A stretch of DNA of 64,000 nt from Eledone cirrhosa (lineage: Eukaryota). Shown here piece after piece: positions 49,482-61,754 of this stretch. Below the pieces are notes generated by a model, which was not told where the DNA came from, ran no database searches, and worked only from the letters and a program-made list of their open reading frames with translations. The stretch spans positions 20,336,001 through 20,400,000 of the forward strand of contig OZ024748.1 in the NCBI GenBank assembly GCA_964016885.1. The letters run 5' to 3'. Numbering within the stretch: position 1 is the stretch's first letter; every line of letters starts with the position of its first letter. The position numbers and the translations under genes were made by a program.

Positions 49482-50354
49482 ATGAGTTTATTCAGTACAA
49501 GATCTATAACTCAGTATATTGTAGTATATACAAGTTGTTGTTGGATAACAACATGGGATTGTAGTTGGTCATGTTGTAATGAAGGTTGTTAGATTAAAAG
49601 TAATTGGTAGACGTCAGACAAAATTATTTGTGGTTTTCAGTTATGAGTTTCTACGTTCCGATTTCAAATTTTGCTGAGGTCAACCTCAACTTGAGGGGTC
49701 AATATAATTGACTTTCCCCTCCCTAACAAAACTGCTGGCCTTGTTCCAATGTTAGAAAAAAATTATTTATGTTGTAGTGAGATTTTGATTAAGATATTAA
49801 ATTAAATATGGACATATTAATATGTGTTGGTATTAAAAGAGTTAAAATGTAAACTTGGTTGCTGTTTAATTCCAAGTTAACTAATATGAAATTTAATTAA
49901 ACTTTTTGTAACTGTTTCTAATAATATAAAGTTATCTCAAATGTTTTTTTAAATAATCAAAAATAACTAACTTCTTATTAAATTTCTGTTTAGCACATAA
50001 CTTAAGAAAAGGTTATTATAAAAATATTATAATGATAAGGTCAAATTTAAGCAGGAATACACTAAAACAAATTGTTTTTCATCAGAGAACGCATGAGAAG
50101 TTTCAGCTGGGGTAAGCATTAACATGGTTAAACAAAATAGCTTTTTCATCATTAACTTAATGCAAGGTTTCTTACATATGAAGCTGAGTCAAACTAATAT
50201 CGTTTTGTTCATTAGATTTCTAAGGCATCTTATATTAGACATGTTAGCACTAATTTAATTATTGTTTTTCTATGAGAATGGCATCTCTGAGTTAGAAATG
50301 GTTAAAATAATTCTTCTTTTCTTTGCTAACTATTGAACATTCTTATACACTTAC

Positions 50355-50450
50355 TTAGAAACTGATTCAACACTACTTTTAAAAGTATGGTGAAATCTAT
50401 GTTTTATTGATGAGGTCTTAATAGGATTGAAAGATGTCAGGATTTTCTCA
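50355..50450 (-). CDS. MYO15: Probable symmetric (cassette) exon (EKILTSFNPIKTSSIKHRFHHTFKSSVESVS)
   Basis: 96 nt, tttcag/gtaagt, open in phase 2-2 matching the flanking exons; no recognisable homology. Confidence 0.6.
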
Positions 50451-51964
50451 CTGAAATGATTAAAATAATATTAATCATAATAGTATTATTAGGCACGGGT
50501 ATAGCTGTGGTTAAGAAGTTTACTTTGGATCATGTGGTTTCTGATTTGATCCTACTGTGGAGCAACTTGGGAAAAAGACTTTTACTATTGTCTTGGGCTT
50601 ACTACCTACACCTTGTGAATGAAATCTGGTAAACAGGAACTGCATGGAAGCCCATCACTTATCTATATATGTATTTATATAAGTTAAAACAATGAAATAA
50701 AAATTCTAGTCATTAGAAATATACTTCACTGCTTTACGATCGTTTCTAGGTGATAATAATACATCGTACGCATATTTCGTTATCAATCTATTTCTGTGTA
50801 TATGTATTTATATATATATAATGGATGGATAGAAATCATTGGAATATGTACCTTCCTTAGAAACAAGGAGGTGCTGGTAATAAGAGGGGCATCTGGTCAT
50901 ATCTGTCTGCAGAAAGTCTTATTCAACTCATACCAGCATGGAGAAGCAAATGTAAAAACAATAATGTTGATGTTGATGATGGTGATGAGGATGAGGAGGA
51001 GGAGAAAGATAATGATTGAGATAATCAATGCAGAATTATTTCAAGTTAGTTGTTTTCAAGCTCTCTACATTAAATGCATTAACACTAAGTTAACCCTTTT
51101 CTTACCATATTTCTTATGAATACAAAATAATTTTATAGATAATCAAGAATTTGAAGGGATTTAGTAATACCACTAAGTTTCTCATTATCAAGTTGGTGTT
51201 TGGAACATAACTTAACAAAAGTTCTTAAGATTATGATGCACGGATGTTTAGGTAAATATAAACATTTAAAAATAAACAGATGTGTATCATAGAACCAGGG
51301 GTGGCTGTTGGCAGTTTCTTGCTGAAAGAGTTAAACTACTTATACACAGAAGCAAAGTGTATTAAGTGTCTTGCCCAAGAAAATAGTTTAAATCCTTCAG
51401 CTATTTGATGCTTAGTCCACTCATCTATAATATGTCTACAAGTACATATGAATTTATTAACTGGTGAATAAACCAGTAACCCCATCAACTTTGCTTGGTG
51501 GGGACAGTGAATTTTGGATACCCTGTGGGATGAAAAACAAAACCCACCAAAGAGAGTGAAGGCCCATCCAATAATGTGTAAAAAAAAAAGGGTAGTCAGA
51601 ACTCATTAAACATAGCTAACATAGCTGGCATTCTGCTTAGGAGCTGGATCACTCTGATTCCCAAACCAGGATAGATAAGATCCCTAGTCACCTTGGGAAC
51701 AAACTTTCAAGTGGTCAATGACTTCATCCTTGTGATGAAAGCAGATGAGCTGTTGCTTGGTAGCCAGCATCTGAGTAATAGTCAGACGAGGAGGTGAGAC
51801 CCAACAATGTTATATTATTTCCAATGAGAATTATGAACACACAGCATCATCTTCATTATCATCATCTCATCTTCCACGCTAGCATCATATATATAAGTAT
51901 TGGTGCAATTATCTTCCATGGTCTCTAACCATCAGCAATGAGAATGAGAAGAGACCAGATCAAA

Positions 51965-52153
51965 TAATTGTTTCTACGTTTGTCACAAGGCCAGCAATTA
52001 TCCCAGTGTATTACTGGTACTTTATTTTATCAACCCCATAAGGATGAAAGGCAAAGTTAACCTCGGCGGGATTTGAATTCAGACCATAAAGGGCCGTAAC
52101 TCTTTGCTGCAAAGCATGGTGTCCGACCCTCTACCAATACTGCCAATCCACCG
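51965..52153 (-). mobile_element. tRNA-derived SINE family A, representative copy with a 16-bp target-site duplication
   Basis: A-box-like tggcagtattggtag, B-box-like gaattcaaatccc, core gcctttcatcctt..ggggt.gataaaataaagtaccag; gaccagatcaaataat on both sides. At least 20 copies, e.g. near 2320, 3480, 3680, 10690, 10880, 14790, 16680, 28430, 31570, 31800, 33110, 33620, 34420, 37290, 41895, 44290. Confidence 0.88.
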
Positions 52154-52365
52154 ACCAGATCAAATAATAAAGAATATTTATATAACAGTAGATTGTAGCA
52201 TATATTTTAGGTCTCTCATTCTATATCTTTATAAGAAATCAATTGTTGTTTTTTTCAAATAAACAGCTCTGTATTATAGAAGGGCAGTTTCAGGTAGGTT
52301 TGGTATGAAAAGGGTTATGTAGATTATAGAATGAGTGAAAGAATGACTAAAAAGATAACACTTAC

Positions 52366-52569
52366 TTATTGGTGCTGTTGGCCTTTCTACCAACTGGCTC
52401 TGATGTACGGTCGGTGTAGACAAATGAGTAGGACTTACAGACAGGGAAGCTGGGAACAATTTCTATCTCAGATATCAGGTCTAATATGTAGTCATTCCCC
52501 ATGAGTTCATAGTAGTGAGGGCCTTCTTCCAGCACTACAGACCAGCCACTGTGGTTGTCATACATATTT
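52366..52569 (-). CDS. MYO15: MYO15-like exon (NMYDNHSGWSVVLEEG...ELMGNDYILDLISEIE...FPVCKSY...)
   Basis: 204 nt, phase 2-2; GW.V and G.DY.LDL.S motifs. Confidence 0.94.
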
Positions 52570-53052
52570 CTGTGGAGGAGGAGGAAGAAGAAGAAAATAC
52601 ATTAACCATTTAGCATTTAAACTAGCCATATCTGGCCATAATTCTCTGACCTCTTTCTATTCAAATCAGCCATACTTGGCCACTCATACTGATGTTAAGG
52701 TATTGTTCTCAAAATAAATAACATCAAAATCTCGTAGATTCAATATTATGTGAGATAAAGCCTTTACCATGAAAATACAATAGTAAATAAATATAGAATA
52801 ATGTAAATGCTAAAAGGTTGATTGGTTAGATAAAAGCTACTGTATTAGGGTGGGGAAGAGTTACAGGGGTGGAGGTTACAGGTTGGGTGAAGGTGTGGGG
52901 GTGGGGCGAATGCGTAGGGGTGGGGCGAATGCGTGGGGGGGCGAATACATGGGGTGAATGTGTGTGGGTGGTGAGAGGTTGGGTGAATGTGTGGGAGTGG
53001 TGAGAGGTTGGCTGAATGTGTGGGGGGTGGTGAATGTGTGTGTAAGACATAC

Positions 53053-53125
53053 CTTTGATCCAGCAGATGGGAAGCAAATTTCTCCCCTGTAGACCAGGAA
53101 TCTACATGTCCAACTTGGATTTCCT
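53053..53125 (-). CDS. MYO15: MYO15-like exon (EIQVGHVDSWSTGEKFASHLLDQ)
   Basis: 73 nt, phase 1-2; SWSTGE motif. Confidence 0.92.
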
Positions 53126-53159
53126 CTTGAGAAAGACAAAGATAGAACAATTGTTAGAG

Positions 53160-53820
53160 AACATGAGAGAGAAGAGAGAGTGAGAGAGAAGAGAGAGAGA
53201 GGGAGAGAGAAGAGAGGGAAAGAGGAGAGAGAAGAGAGGGGGAGAGGGAAGAGAGAAGAGAGGGGGAGATGGAAGAGAGAGGGGGAGATGGAAGAGAGAG
53301 GGGGAGGGAAGAGAGGGAAGAGAGGGAAGAGAGGGGAAGAGAGGGAAGAGAGGGGAAGAGAGGGAAAGAGAGATGAGAGGGGGAGATAGAAGAGGAAGAG
53401 AGGGAGAGAGAGGGGGAGATAGAAGAGGGAGAGAGGGAGAGAGAGGGAGAGAGAGAAGAGAGAGAAGAGAGGGAGAGAGGGAGAGAGAGGGAGAGAGAGA
53501 AGAGAGGGGAAGAGAGGGAGAGAGAGGGGAGAGGGACTGAGAGAAGGATGTTAGAAGAGGGAAGGGAAGGAAAGAGAGAGAAGGATGTTAGAAGAGGGAA
53601 GGGAAGGAAAGAGAGAGAAGAGAGAATAGAAGGTTGAGTGGGAGGAAAAAAGAGAGTGAGATGGTAGGGGAAGAAGAACAAAGAGGGAGGGGTGAACATG
53701 TAAGGTAGGAAAGAGTGAAGGAAAGAATATAAGAGAGGGAAAGGGTAAAGGAAAGAAGATAAGATGGTGAAAGAGTAAGAGAGGGAGGGAGAGGGAGGGA
53801 GAAAGAGAGAGAGAGAGTGG
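53160..53820. repeat. Polypurine (GA-rich) tract
   Basis: Almost pure A/G on the plus strand; a ~650-nt pyrimidine tract just upstream of an acceptor on the transcribed strand. Confidence 0.9.
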
Positions 53821-54832
53821 GATTAAAAGAGCATAACTTTAGTGGAAACTATTGCTACATGTATACATCTGGGAACATAGAATATTAATTACTACCTGTA
53901 TTACACACACACAGGTATGGCTATATCGTACATATTGTAATTTCTAATGTAGTGATGGGACCATTCTAGAGACATACAGCATGTCTTGGGTAATTTAACC
54001 CTTTAGCATTTAAACCGGTCATATCCGGCCAGCATTCTCTCATCTCTTTCTGTTAAAACCAGCTGCAACTGGCCGCTCATACTGCTGTTAAGGTATTGTT
54101 CTCAAAATAAATAATATCAAAATCTCATAGATTTTATATTAAGTGAGATGATTATGTGAGACGAAGCCTTTATCATGAAAATATAAAAGTAAATATAGAG
54201 TAATGTAATTGCTAAATGGTTAGACCTGGTGGAGCTTATACCCCTCTCCAGGACTGAATACAGTCACTTTCTTCCAGAGAAAAAAAAAGATATAAAGGAA
54301 GGATCAACCTCAGTATTAGATTAATACTTTTATTACTCTTGAAAGAATGAAAGGTCAGTTTTGAATTCAGATAGCAGAAACACAGAATGAATACTGCAAC
54401 ATATTCTATCTGATATTCTAACAACAATCCTACCAATTTGCCACATTTATATACATAGTGTGTGAGCATGTGTGCATGTATGTATGTGCATACATTTATA
54501 TGTATGAGTATATAAATATAAACACGCAAACACAGACACACTTACAAAAATACACACTCGCAGACATGAATTCACACAAACACACAGATATACATACACT
54601 CACGCACAGCACAATAAATGAAACACCAGCCACTGTTTTGTTATACTTTTTGCCCCCATCCCCTTCCTTCTTACACACATATATATTCACGCAGGCAGCA
54701 GATGTAAAGAGAGAGAAGTAGTATGAGGTAGTGAAACTACTCCTCTCTCTTTATGTGTTGTGACAGAATCGCAGAAATTTATATATAGATTAACATTACA
54801 CACTTTCTAGCTTGTCAACTGTTGACACTTAC

Positions 54833-55002
54833 CATCAGGAAATTCTGCAGTTAAAGCCATGTTGGCCTTCCTTAGAGATGATTTCCATTCTAATAAACAG
54901 GGTGGATAGGTCCGACAGAGTGTCGGTCTTATGCTGAAAGACTGAAGTAGTTTATGCTGACAAAATTCCTTATAGCCATTGTAGCCGAAATCAGAGACAT
55001 AC
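54833..55002 (-). CDS. MYO15: MYO15-like exon, MyTH4-1 end (YVSDFGYNGYKEFCQHKLL...RTYPPCLLEW...MALTAEFPD)
   Basis: 170 nt, phase 2-1; motifs characteristic of class XV. Confidence 0.95.
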
Positions 55003-55329
55003 CTGAACAACAGAGAAAAATAAACAGTTTTAAGGTGTTTGCTATGTATTTTATATATGTTAGTTGTCTTTCTTTTTTTGTTGGTTTCAACATATGAGGT
55101 TTTTGGGGTATGGTGGACTCTGAGAAAGAAGTCACCATCAATATGGCTGTGTGAAAAAACAGTGTGGGAATGATGGGATGAAAAGATGAAAGACAAGATG
55201 GCGTCAATGAGATTTGAACTTAGAACACAGAGAGCTAGAATAAATACAGCAATACATTTCATCTGACATCCTAACAATTCTCCCAATTCAATGCCTTATT
55301 CACAATAGCAGAAAGAAATTACATATATC

Positions 55330-56727
55330 TTCTTCATCTTCGCCCACTTATTCATGAGAGGACTGTGGGAGCAGAGTCCTCGAATACTCCTTCTAGCGGG
55401 TCCTGTAAGAAGCAACTATCTCCAATTGATCTGGCTGGATCCCCAAGCATGACCAGACAAGCTCATGAATGTTATCCAACCATCTTGCTTGGGGTCTATC
55501 CCTGGGTCTCTCGCTGGTTGGTTTTGCCTGGTAAAATCTGTCCAGCAATTCTTTCCTGAGACATTCTAAACCCATACCCATAATATCAGAGCTGTGATCT
55601 CTCAATTCAGAGAAGTAGCAGTTCTACCTGCAGTGACTTTCTGATCTCTCAGCTACACATCTGTCCAGCAATTCTTTCCTGAGACATTCTAACCATATAC
55701 CCATAATATCAGAGCTGTGATCTCTCAATTCAGAGAAGTAGCAGTTCTATCTGCAGTGACTTTCTGATCTCTAAGCTACACATCTGTCCAGCAATTCTTT
55801 CCTGAGACATTCTAACCATATACCCATAATATCAGAGCTGTGATCTCTCAATTCAGAGAAGTAGCGGCTCTACCTGCAGTGACTTTCTGATCTCTAAGCT
55901 ACACATCTGTCCAGCAATTCTTTCCTGAGACATTCTAAACCCATACCCATAATATCAGAGCTGTGATCTCTCAATTCAGAGAAGTAGTGGTTCTACCTGC
56001 AGTGACTTTCTGATCTCTAAGCTACACATCTGTCCAGCAATTCTTTCCTGACACATTCTAACCATATACCCATAATATCAGAGCTGTGATCTCTCAATTC
56101 AGAGAAGTAGCGGTTCTATCTGCAGTGACTTTCTGATCTCTAAGCTACACATCTGTCCAGCAATTCTTTCCTGAGACATTCTAACCATATACCCATAATA
56201 TCAGAGCTGTGATCTCTCAATTCAGAGAAGTAGCAGTTCTATCTGCAGTGACTTTCTGATCTCTATGCTACACATCTGTCCAGCAATTCTTTCCTGAGAC
56301 ATTCTAAACCCATACCTATAATATCAGAGCTGTGATCTCTCAATTCAGAGAAGTAGCGGTTCTACCTGCAGTGACTTTCTGATCTCTAAGCTACACATCT
56401 GTCCAGCAATTCTTTCCTGAGACATTCTAAACCCATACCCATAATATCAGAGCTGTGATCTCTCAATTCAGAGAAGTAGCAGTTCTACCTGCAGTGACTT
56501 TCTGATCTCTAAGCTACACATCTGTCCAGCAATTCTTTCCTGACACATTCTAACCATATACCCATAATATCAGAGCTGTGATCTCTCAATTCAGAGAAGT
56601 AGCGGTTCTATCTGCAGTGACTTTCTGATCTCTAAGCTACACATCTGTCCAGCAATTCTTTCCTGAGACATTCTAAACCCATACCCATAATATCAGAGCT
56701 GTGATCTCTCAATTCAGAGAAGTAGCG
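55330..56727 (-). mobile_element. RTE-type LINE 3' fragment with a 123-bp tandem array (~9.7 copies from 55536)
   Basis: Same family as 5150-5945; unit starts at 55536, 55659, 55782, 55905, 56028... Confidence 0.85.
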
Positions 56728-56809
56728 ACACACACACAAAAAAAAAATTCAATGATTGGCATTAAAATATAAAAAGAAGAGGATAGAAAGTTTTTCTGGA
56801 GGAACTCAC

Positions 56810-56970
56810 TTCAGTAAATATTTTTTCAGTGTGTTGCTGGGAGGAATACAAGACAAGAGGTAAGCCATCAGAAACCAACCCCTCTCAGCATTGCTTGCTA
56901 AATTGTTCTTCCAAGTTTGGTTAACCAATTGACAGTAGATTTCATCACGAAGTAGTTCATCTTGTAAACA
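56810..56970 (-). CDS. MYO15: MYO15-like exon, MyTH4-1 core (CLQDELLRDEIYCQLVNQTWKNN...AERGWFLMAYLLSCIPPS...KYLL)
   Basis: 161 nt, phase 0-2; hallmark MyTH4 motif LRDEIYCQL. Confidence 0.96.
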
Positions 56971-57099
56971 CTGGAGTGGGGATAAAGTAAACCATTATGA
57001 ATGAGATGAAGAGAGAGGAGAAGAGAAGAGGTAGTATAAGGATGGAAGAGGAGGAGTGAGAGAAGCAAGAGGGGAAGTGGGCAAATAAGAGAATGTGAG

Positions 57100-57138
<39 letters not shown>

Positions 57139-57162
57139 CAATATAACCAGAAAGACTTTTAC

Positions 57163-57237
57163 CTTTTGAATGATATAATCTGCAATGATTTTCTTTCGTC
57201 TGTCTGTCATTTTAGTCTCTGCCATAAACCTCATGAT
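57163..57237 (-). CDS. MYO15: MYO15-like exon, MyTH4-1 (IMRFMAETKMTDRRKKIIADYIIQK)
   Basis: 75 nt, phase 0-0; I.RFM and YIIQK MyTH4 motifs. Confidence 0.92.
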
Positions 57238-57813
57238 CTGATAATGAGAATATATCATATATACATCTATATACACACTTGTCAATATGCAGACGTTTAT
57301 ATGTATATACACACCTGTCAATATACAGACATTTATATACACATGCTGGTTAACATACATACATCTATATACACACTAGTCAATACACAGACATCTATAA
57401 ATACACCTAACAATGATTAGACATCTATATACACACCTATCAATATACATACATGTATATACACACACCTGTCAATATACAGACATTTAAGTACACATAC
57501 TTCTTAATATACATACATCTATTTACACATACTTGTTAATATACAGACATCTATATATACACATACAATATGTCAACATATACACAACTATAAACACATA
57601 AAATGTCAACATATACACAACTATAAACACATATATGTCAACATATACACAACTATAAACACATACAATATGTCAACATATACACAACTATAAACACATA
57701 CAATATGTCAACATATACACAATTATAAACACATACAATATGTCAATATACAGACATCAGTATGTTGGTGTATATGTTAACATATACACTGACATACTAT
57801 GCCAGTACCTTAC

Positions 57814-57912
57814 CAGTTTAAATATTGAGAGAGCATGTTTCTTTGATACATCATTGTTCAACAGTAAAAAGGTTTCTTTGATGGGAGCTGTCAGAGCAGC
57901 CCAATATTGGTT
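57814..57912 (-). CDS. MYO15: MYO15-like exon, MyTH4-1 start (NQYWAALTAPIKETFLLL...ALSIFKL)
   Basis: 99 nt, phase 0-0, canonical sites. Confidence 0.92.
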
Positions 57913-59631
57913 CTGGAAAGAAAAGAGAAGAGAAAATATCATCTTTTAGTTAACTCTTTTGGTACCACTTTAGTGTCACAAACTAAAATTACACTTGTCT
58001 TTCCTTTTCTTAAAACTGTAGGGTGAGAATTGAATAAGATTCAACTGTTAATTCTAAAAGATCAAGCAACTACTAATGATGCACAATATATGCTCATTCA
58101 AGCTGAACACTTATCCTCTTTCAGTTTGAAGAAAAGCCACATCCTACATGAGATGCCTCTGATATGGTTATCAAAGGATAGGATAGCAGAAGAAGTCAGA
58201 TCTAAAAGAATAAGCCTCAGTAAAAATCCTGCTTGTCTCAGAATAAGCAGTAGTTCATGCGATGACCATCAGTTTAATTAGATGACCTCAGTATCATGAA
58301 CACCAGTGGCTTCCCAAATGATTGGCTTTTAATTTGACAGTGGGTAGGCACAACAGCTTCAATTAGTGAAGAAATCTATGAGTATGCAGGTGTGGCAAGT
58401 TACATGTATTCTAGCCATTACAGAAAGCAAAAGGATGCTTCACCTTTTATGAAGGGATTACTCAAGAAGAAGAAAAAGCAACTACATAGTGACTCCCTTA
58501 TTGTTTGAAATGAGACTGTTAAGACTTTAAATGCTGAAGGATTAATCCTATTTAAAATTAAACCACACATTTTCAAAATATTTTTTAATATAAATTTTAT
58601 ATATTTTCAAAACAGAGTTCACTGCAACAACGCTGGAACACATGATGTGCTGTTTGTAGCTCTTGGACATTAACCCAAACTTCTATCTCTATAAAACCGA
58701 CTGTATCTGGCCAGAATTCTTTCACTTCTTTCTAATCAAACATGCGATAGCCAGCTGCTCATACTTTTGTTAAGGTATTGTTCACAAAATAAATAATACT
58801 AAAATCTCATAGATTTGATATTATGTGAGATAATTATGTGAGATAAAGTGTTTACCATGAAGATATAATAGTATATATAGAGTAATGTAAATGCAGCTTA
58901 GGAAAAAATACTGATTTAGGAAGAAGATAATCAGTGGTTTTAGAACACAACTTAGTAATTTTGAGAACAAAAGATCTTTAGGACTAAAGATCGATTGCCA
59001 GATCAGACCAAAGAAGCTATGTTTCCATTGGTCTTTCCATTGATGATACTGTCTGTCTGTCCACTGAAACTCCTGGTGATAAGAGGCAGTATTTGAGTGT
59101 ACAGGACGGCAACAGGTACTGTAAAACATCAAGTCTGACACTTTAACAATTTGGTCAATTAATTGCATCTCAAAGGATCATTTATTTATCAACCAAGGAA
59201 AAGATGAAAGGTAAAGTTGACCTTGGTGGGATTTGAACTCAGAGTACAGAAAGTCAGAACAAATACCGACATTTAATCAATCACTCTAATAACATTTTTT
59301 TTTAAATCTTCTAGAAATTTTACTCAGTTACTATTTTGCCATAAACAATTCTAAGAAATATCACAGCCAAAGCCAGTTTGGCTGCTATTTCTAGCAGATT
59401 GAGAATCTGTGTAGAGGCTCTTTTGTTGGCTGGTTCTGCTAATAATTTTGTGATATCAAAATGGTGAAATTCAAGATAAACACAAACCACAATGACCTTA
59501 TCATTATCAACCTAGGTGGACTTGGGAAGATCATTAAAAAACCTGCCCCACCCACTCCCAAAACAACCATAACAATATCAACAACAAAACAAACTTATGA
59601 CTAATCAATATGTTGTTTTGTGTAAACTGAC

Positions 59632-59765
59632 CTTAAAAAATACCCTGACATATTTATTGAATTGGTGGGCATTGATATCACCAGGCAGTGCATATTTCAT
59701 GTCAATATTTACCACCGTACCAATCACTGAGGTGATGTGTTGGTCAACATGGACAGGGTTCCAAT
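59632..59765 (-). CDS. MYO15: MYO15-like exon (WNPVHVDQ...LPGDINAHQFNKYVRVFFK)
   Basis: 134 nt, phase 1-0; LP.DIN motif; ttccag acceptor, gtcagt donor. Confidence 0.9.
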
Positions 59766-60011
59766 CTGGAAAATACAGTTTATATAAATTATATATTTTT
59801 TTATTTTTCACAAAAATGTTTCTGAAAAATACAGTTTATATATATTGGGGCTACAAGTATGAAATTTATAGAAATTTGTAGAAAAAAAAAATTCTACAAA
59901 TTTCATACTGGATGACCCAATATATATATTATTTTATTTTTTACAAAAATGTTCCTTGAAAATACAGTTTATATCATATTATATTATATATTTTTTATTT
60001 TTCACAAAATG

Positions 60012-60062
60012 TTTCTGATGATGTAGACATGATTTCGTCTTGAAACTACTGGTAGTCCAGAA
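60012..60062 (+). ncRNA. Degenerate hammerhead-like motif
   Basis: CTGATGA...agac/gtct...GAAA-ctac(tg)gtag-TC; core and stem III good, stem I poorly paired. Confidence 0.4.
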
Positions 60063-60169
60063 TTCACTTACACATAAACTATATACACCTAAACAGAACA
60101 TGTATAAAAATGCACACACACACACACACACACATGCTTTTATATACTTTATTTTCACATTTAACTTAC

Positions 60170-60251
60170 TTTGTTCTTTTGTAAAAACAAACGCCAACTC
60201 CCCCGGGATCTCCATATTGGCGATTATACTTGCTTCGGTACTCATTGTTTC
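60170..60251 (-). CDS. MYO15: MYO15-like exon (ETMSTEASIIANMEIPGELAFVFTKEQ)
   Basis: 82 nt, phase 0-1; MEIPGELA resembles the LEVPAELA motif before the first MYO15 MyTH4. Confidence 0.9.
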
Positions 60252-60377
60252 CTGAAAGACACCAACAACAGATTATCAATAGATTAATAGAAGTATCCAA
60301 TAAACTCTTGACAAGAGTATATTAACTCTTAATATCCTGCAATGATTTAACCATTTAGCATTTACATTACTCTATAT

Positions 60378-60701
60378 CACTGGTTCCTAACCTTTTGTGT
60401 ACCATGCCCTACCTCAACATCTATAAAATTGTCATGTCCCCCACTTTTTGATATGAAAACAGCAATGATCAACTGCAAAGTGTAAACAAATTGGTGTATA
60501 GGTGGTGCCAGATGTACAATAACATGTGGAAGAGGAAGTGATTCAGGAGTTTCTGACAGTAATGTGTACCAAAGTTACCTTGATGTAAAAGTAATAAAGT
60601 AAAACCTTAAGTTTGTTCTTATTAATATCATTTTCAAATGGCCTCCTTAAATATTCAAATTGTTCCCCTGTTGGATGTGTGTCCTACACTGGGAATTACT
60701 G
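60378..60701. mobile_element. hAT/Charlie-like MITE nested in a piggyBac-like MITE (60347-60906)
   Basis: Ends cactggttcctaa / ctgggaattactg; 8-bp flanks ctctatat / ttctatat. Confidence 0.68.
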
Positions 60702-61226
60702 TTCTATATATACTATCGTATTTTTGTGGTAAAGGCTTTATCTTAAATAATTATCTCATACAATATGGAATCTATGAGATTTTGATGCTATTTATTTTGA
60801 GAACAAACTGTAACATCAGTAACAGTGACCAGTTATGGCTGGATTGAACACAAAGAGGTGAGAGAATTCTGGCTGGATATGGCTGGTTTAAATGATAAAG
60901 GGTTAACAAAAGTTGGGTCAGTTGATTCAGATGTTTATAGTATCTCTACTAGTGGACAGATCATTATGAACATGTGCAATATTATAGTAAAGATTTAAAT
61001 ATCTAATGTGATGTAGTTTTGTACTTTTCAAGAATGTCTTGTTAATGTAGTTTGATGCAGTACAGGATGTTAAGAAATAAGATGTAGAAGATAGCAGTTA
61101 GGTTTGATCTCACTATATGGTAACTTTGCTTTATTAAACCAGAGCCAGTTTTGGCCAGTTTGAGCTAGGCTGGTATCAAAAGAGCTAAATAGGAACCTTT
61201 TACAATGGGTGGTTTTATTTCATTAA

Positions 61227-61448
61227 CCCTTTAGCATTTACATTACTCTATATATATACTATTGTATTTTTGTAGTAAAGGCTTTATCTTACATAATTAT
61301 CTCATCTAGTATCGAATCTATGAGATTTGTTGTTATTTATTTTGAGAACAATACCTTAAGGTCAGTATGAGCAGCTGGTTATGATCAGTTTGAACAGAAA
61401 GAGGTGAGAGAATTCTGGCTAAATACAGCTGGTTTAAATGCTAAAGGG
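61227..61448. mobile_element. piggyBac-like MITE (TTAA target site, CCCTTTAGCATTTA terminal inverted repeats), clean copy
   Basis: ttaa|ccctttagcattta...taaatgctaaaggg|ttaa; further copies near 16330, 17345, 24420, 27950, 35625, 52605, 53998, 58680, 60350, 62738. Confidence 0.82.
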
Positions 61449-61605
61449 TTAAACCAGAGCCAGTTTGAACCAGATTGGTATCAAAAGGGTTAAATAGGAA
61501 CATTTTAAAATGAGTGGTTTTATTAAACTAGGACCAGTTTCAGCCTGATTGGTATCAAAAGGGTTAAACTAAACTCAAGTGAAAGATACTAAGACAAATG
61601 CTTAC

Positions 61606-61665
61606 TTGATCTTGCTCCTCTATTTTCTGTTGATCATCTATGTCTTCTTTCATTTGTTGTAACAT
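61606..61665 (-). CDS. MYO15: MYO15-like exon: charged post-IQ segment (MLQQMKEDIDDQQKIEEQDQ)
   Basis: 60 nt, phase 0-0, tgtag acceptor, gtaagc donor, open frame. Confidence 0.78.
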
Positions 61666-61754
61666 CTACAGTGGAAACAATAGCAATGGTTAGTGTATTA
61701 GAATAAACATAGATAGACATAGGATGAAAGGCAAATGATAATGATAATAATAAT

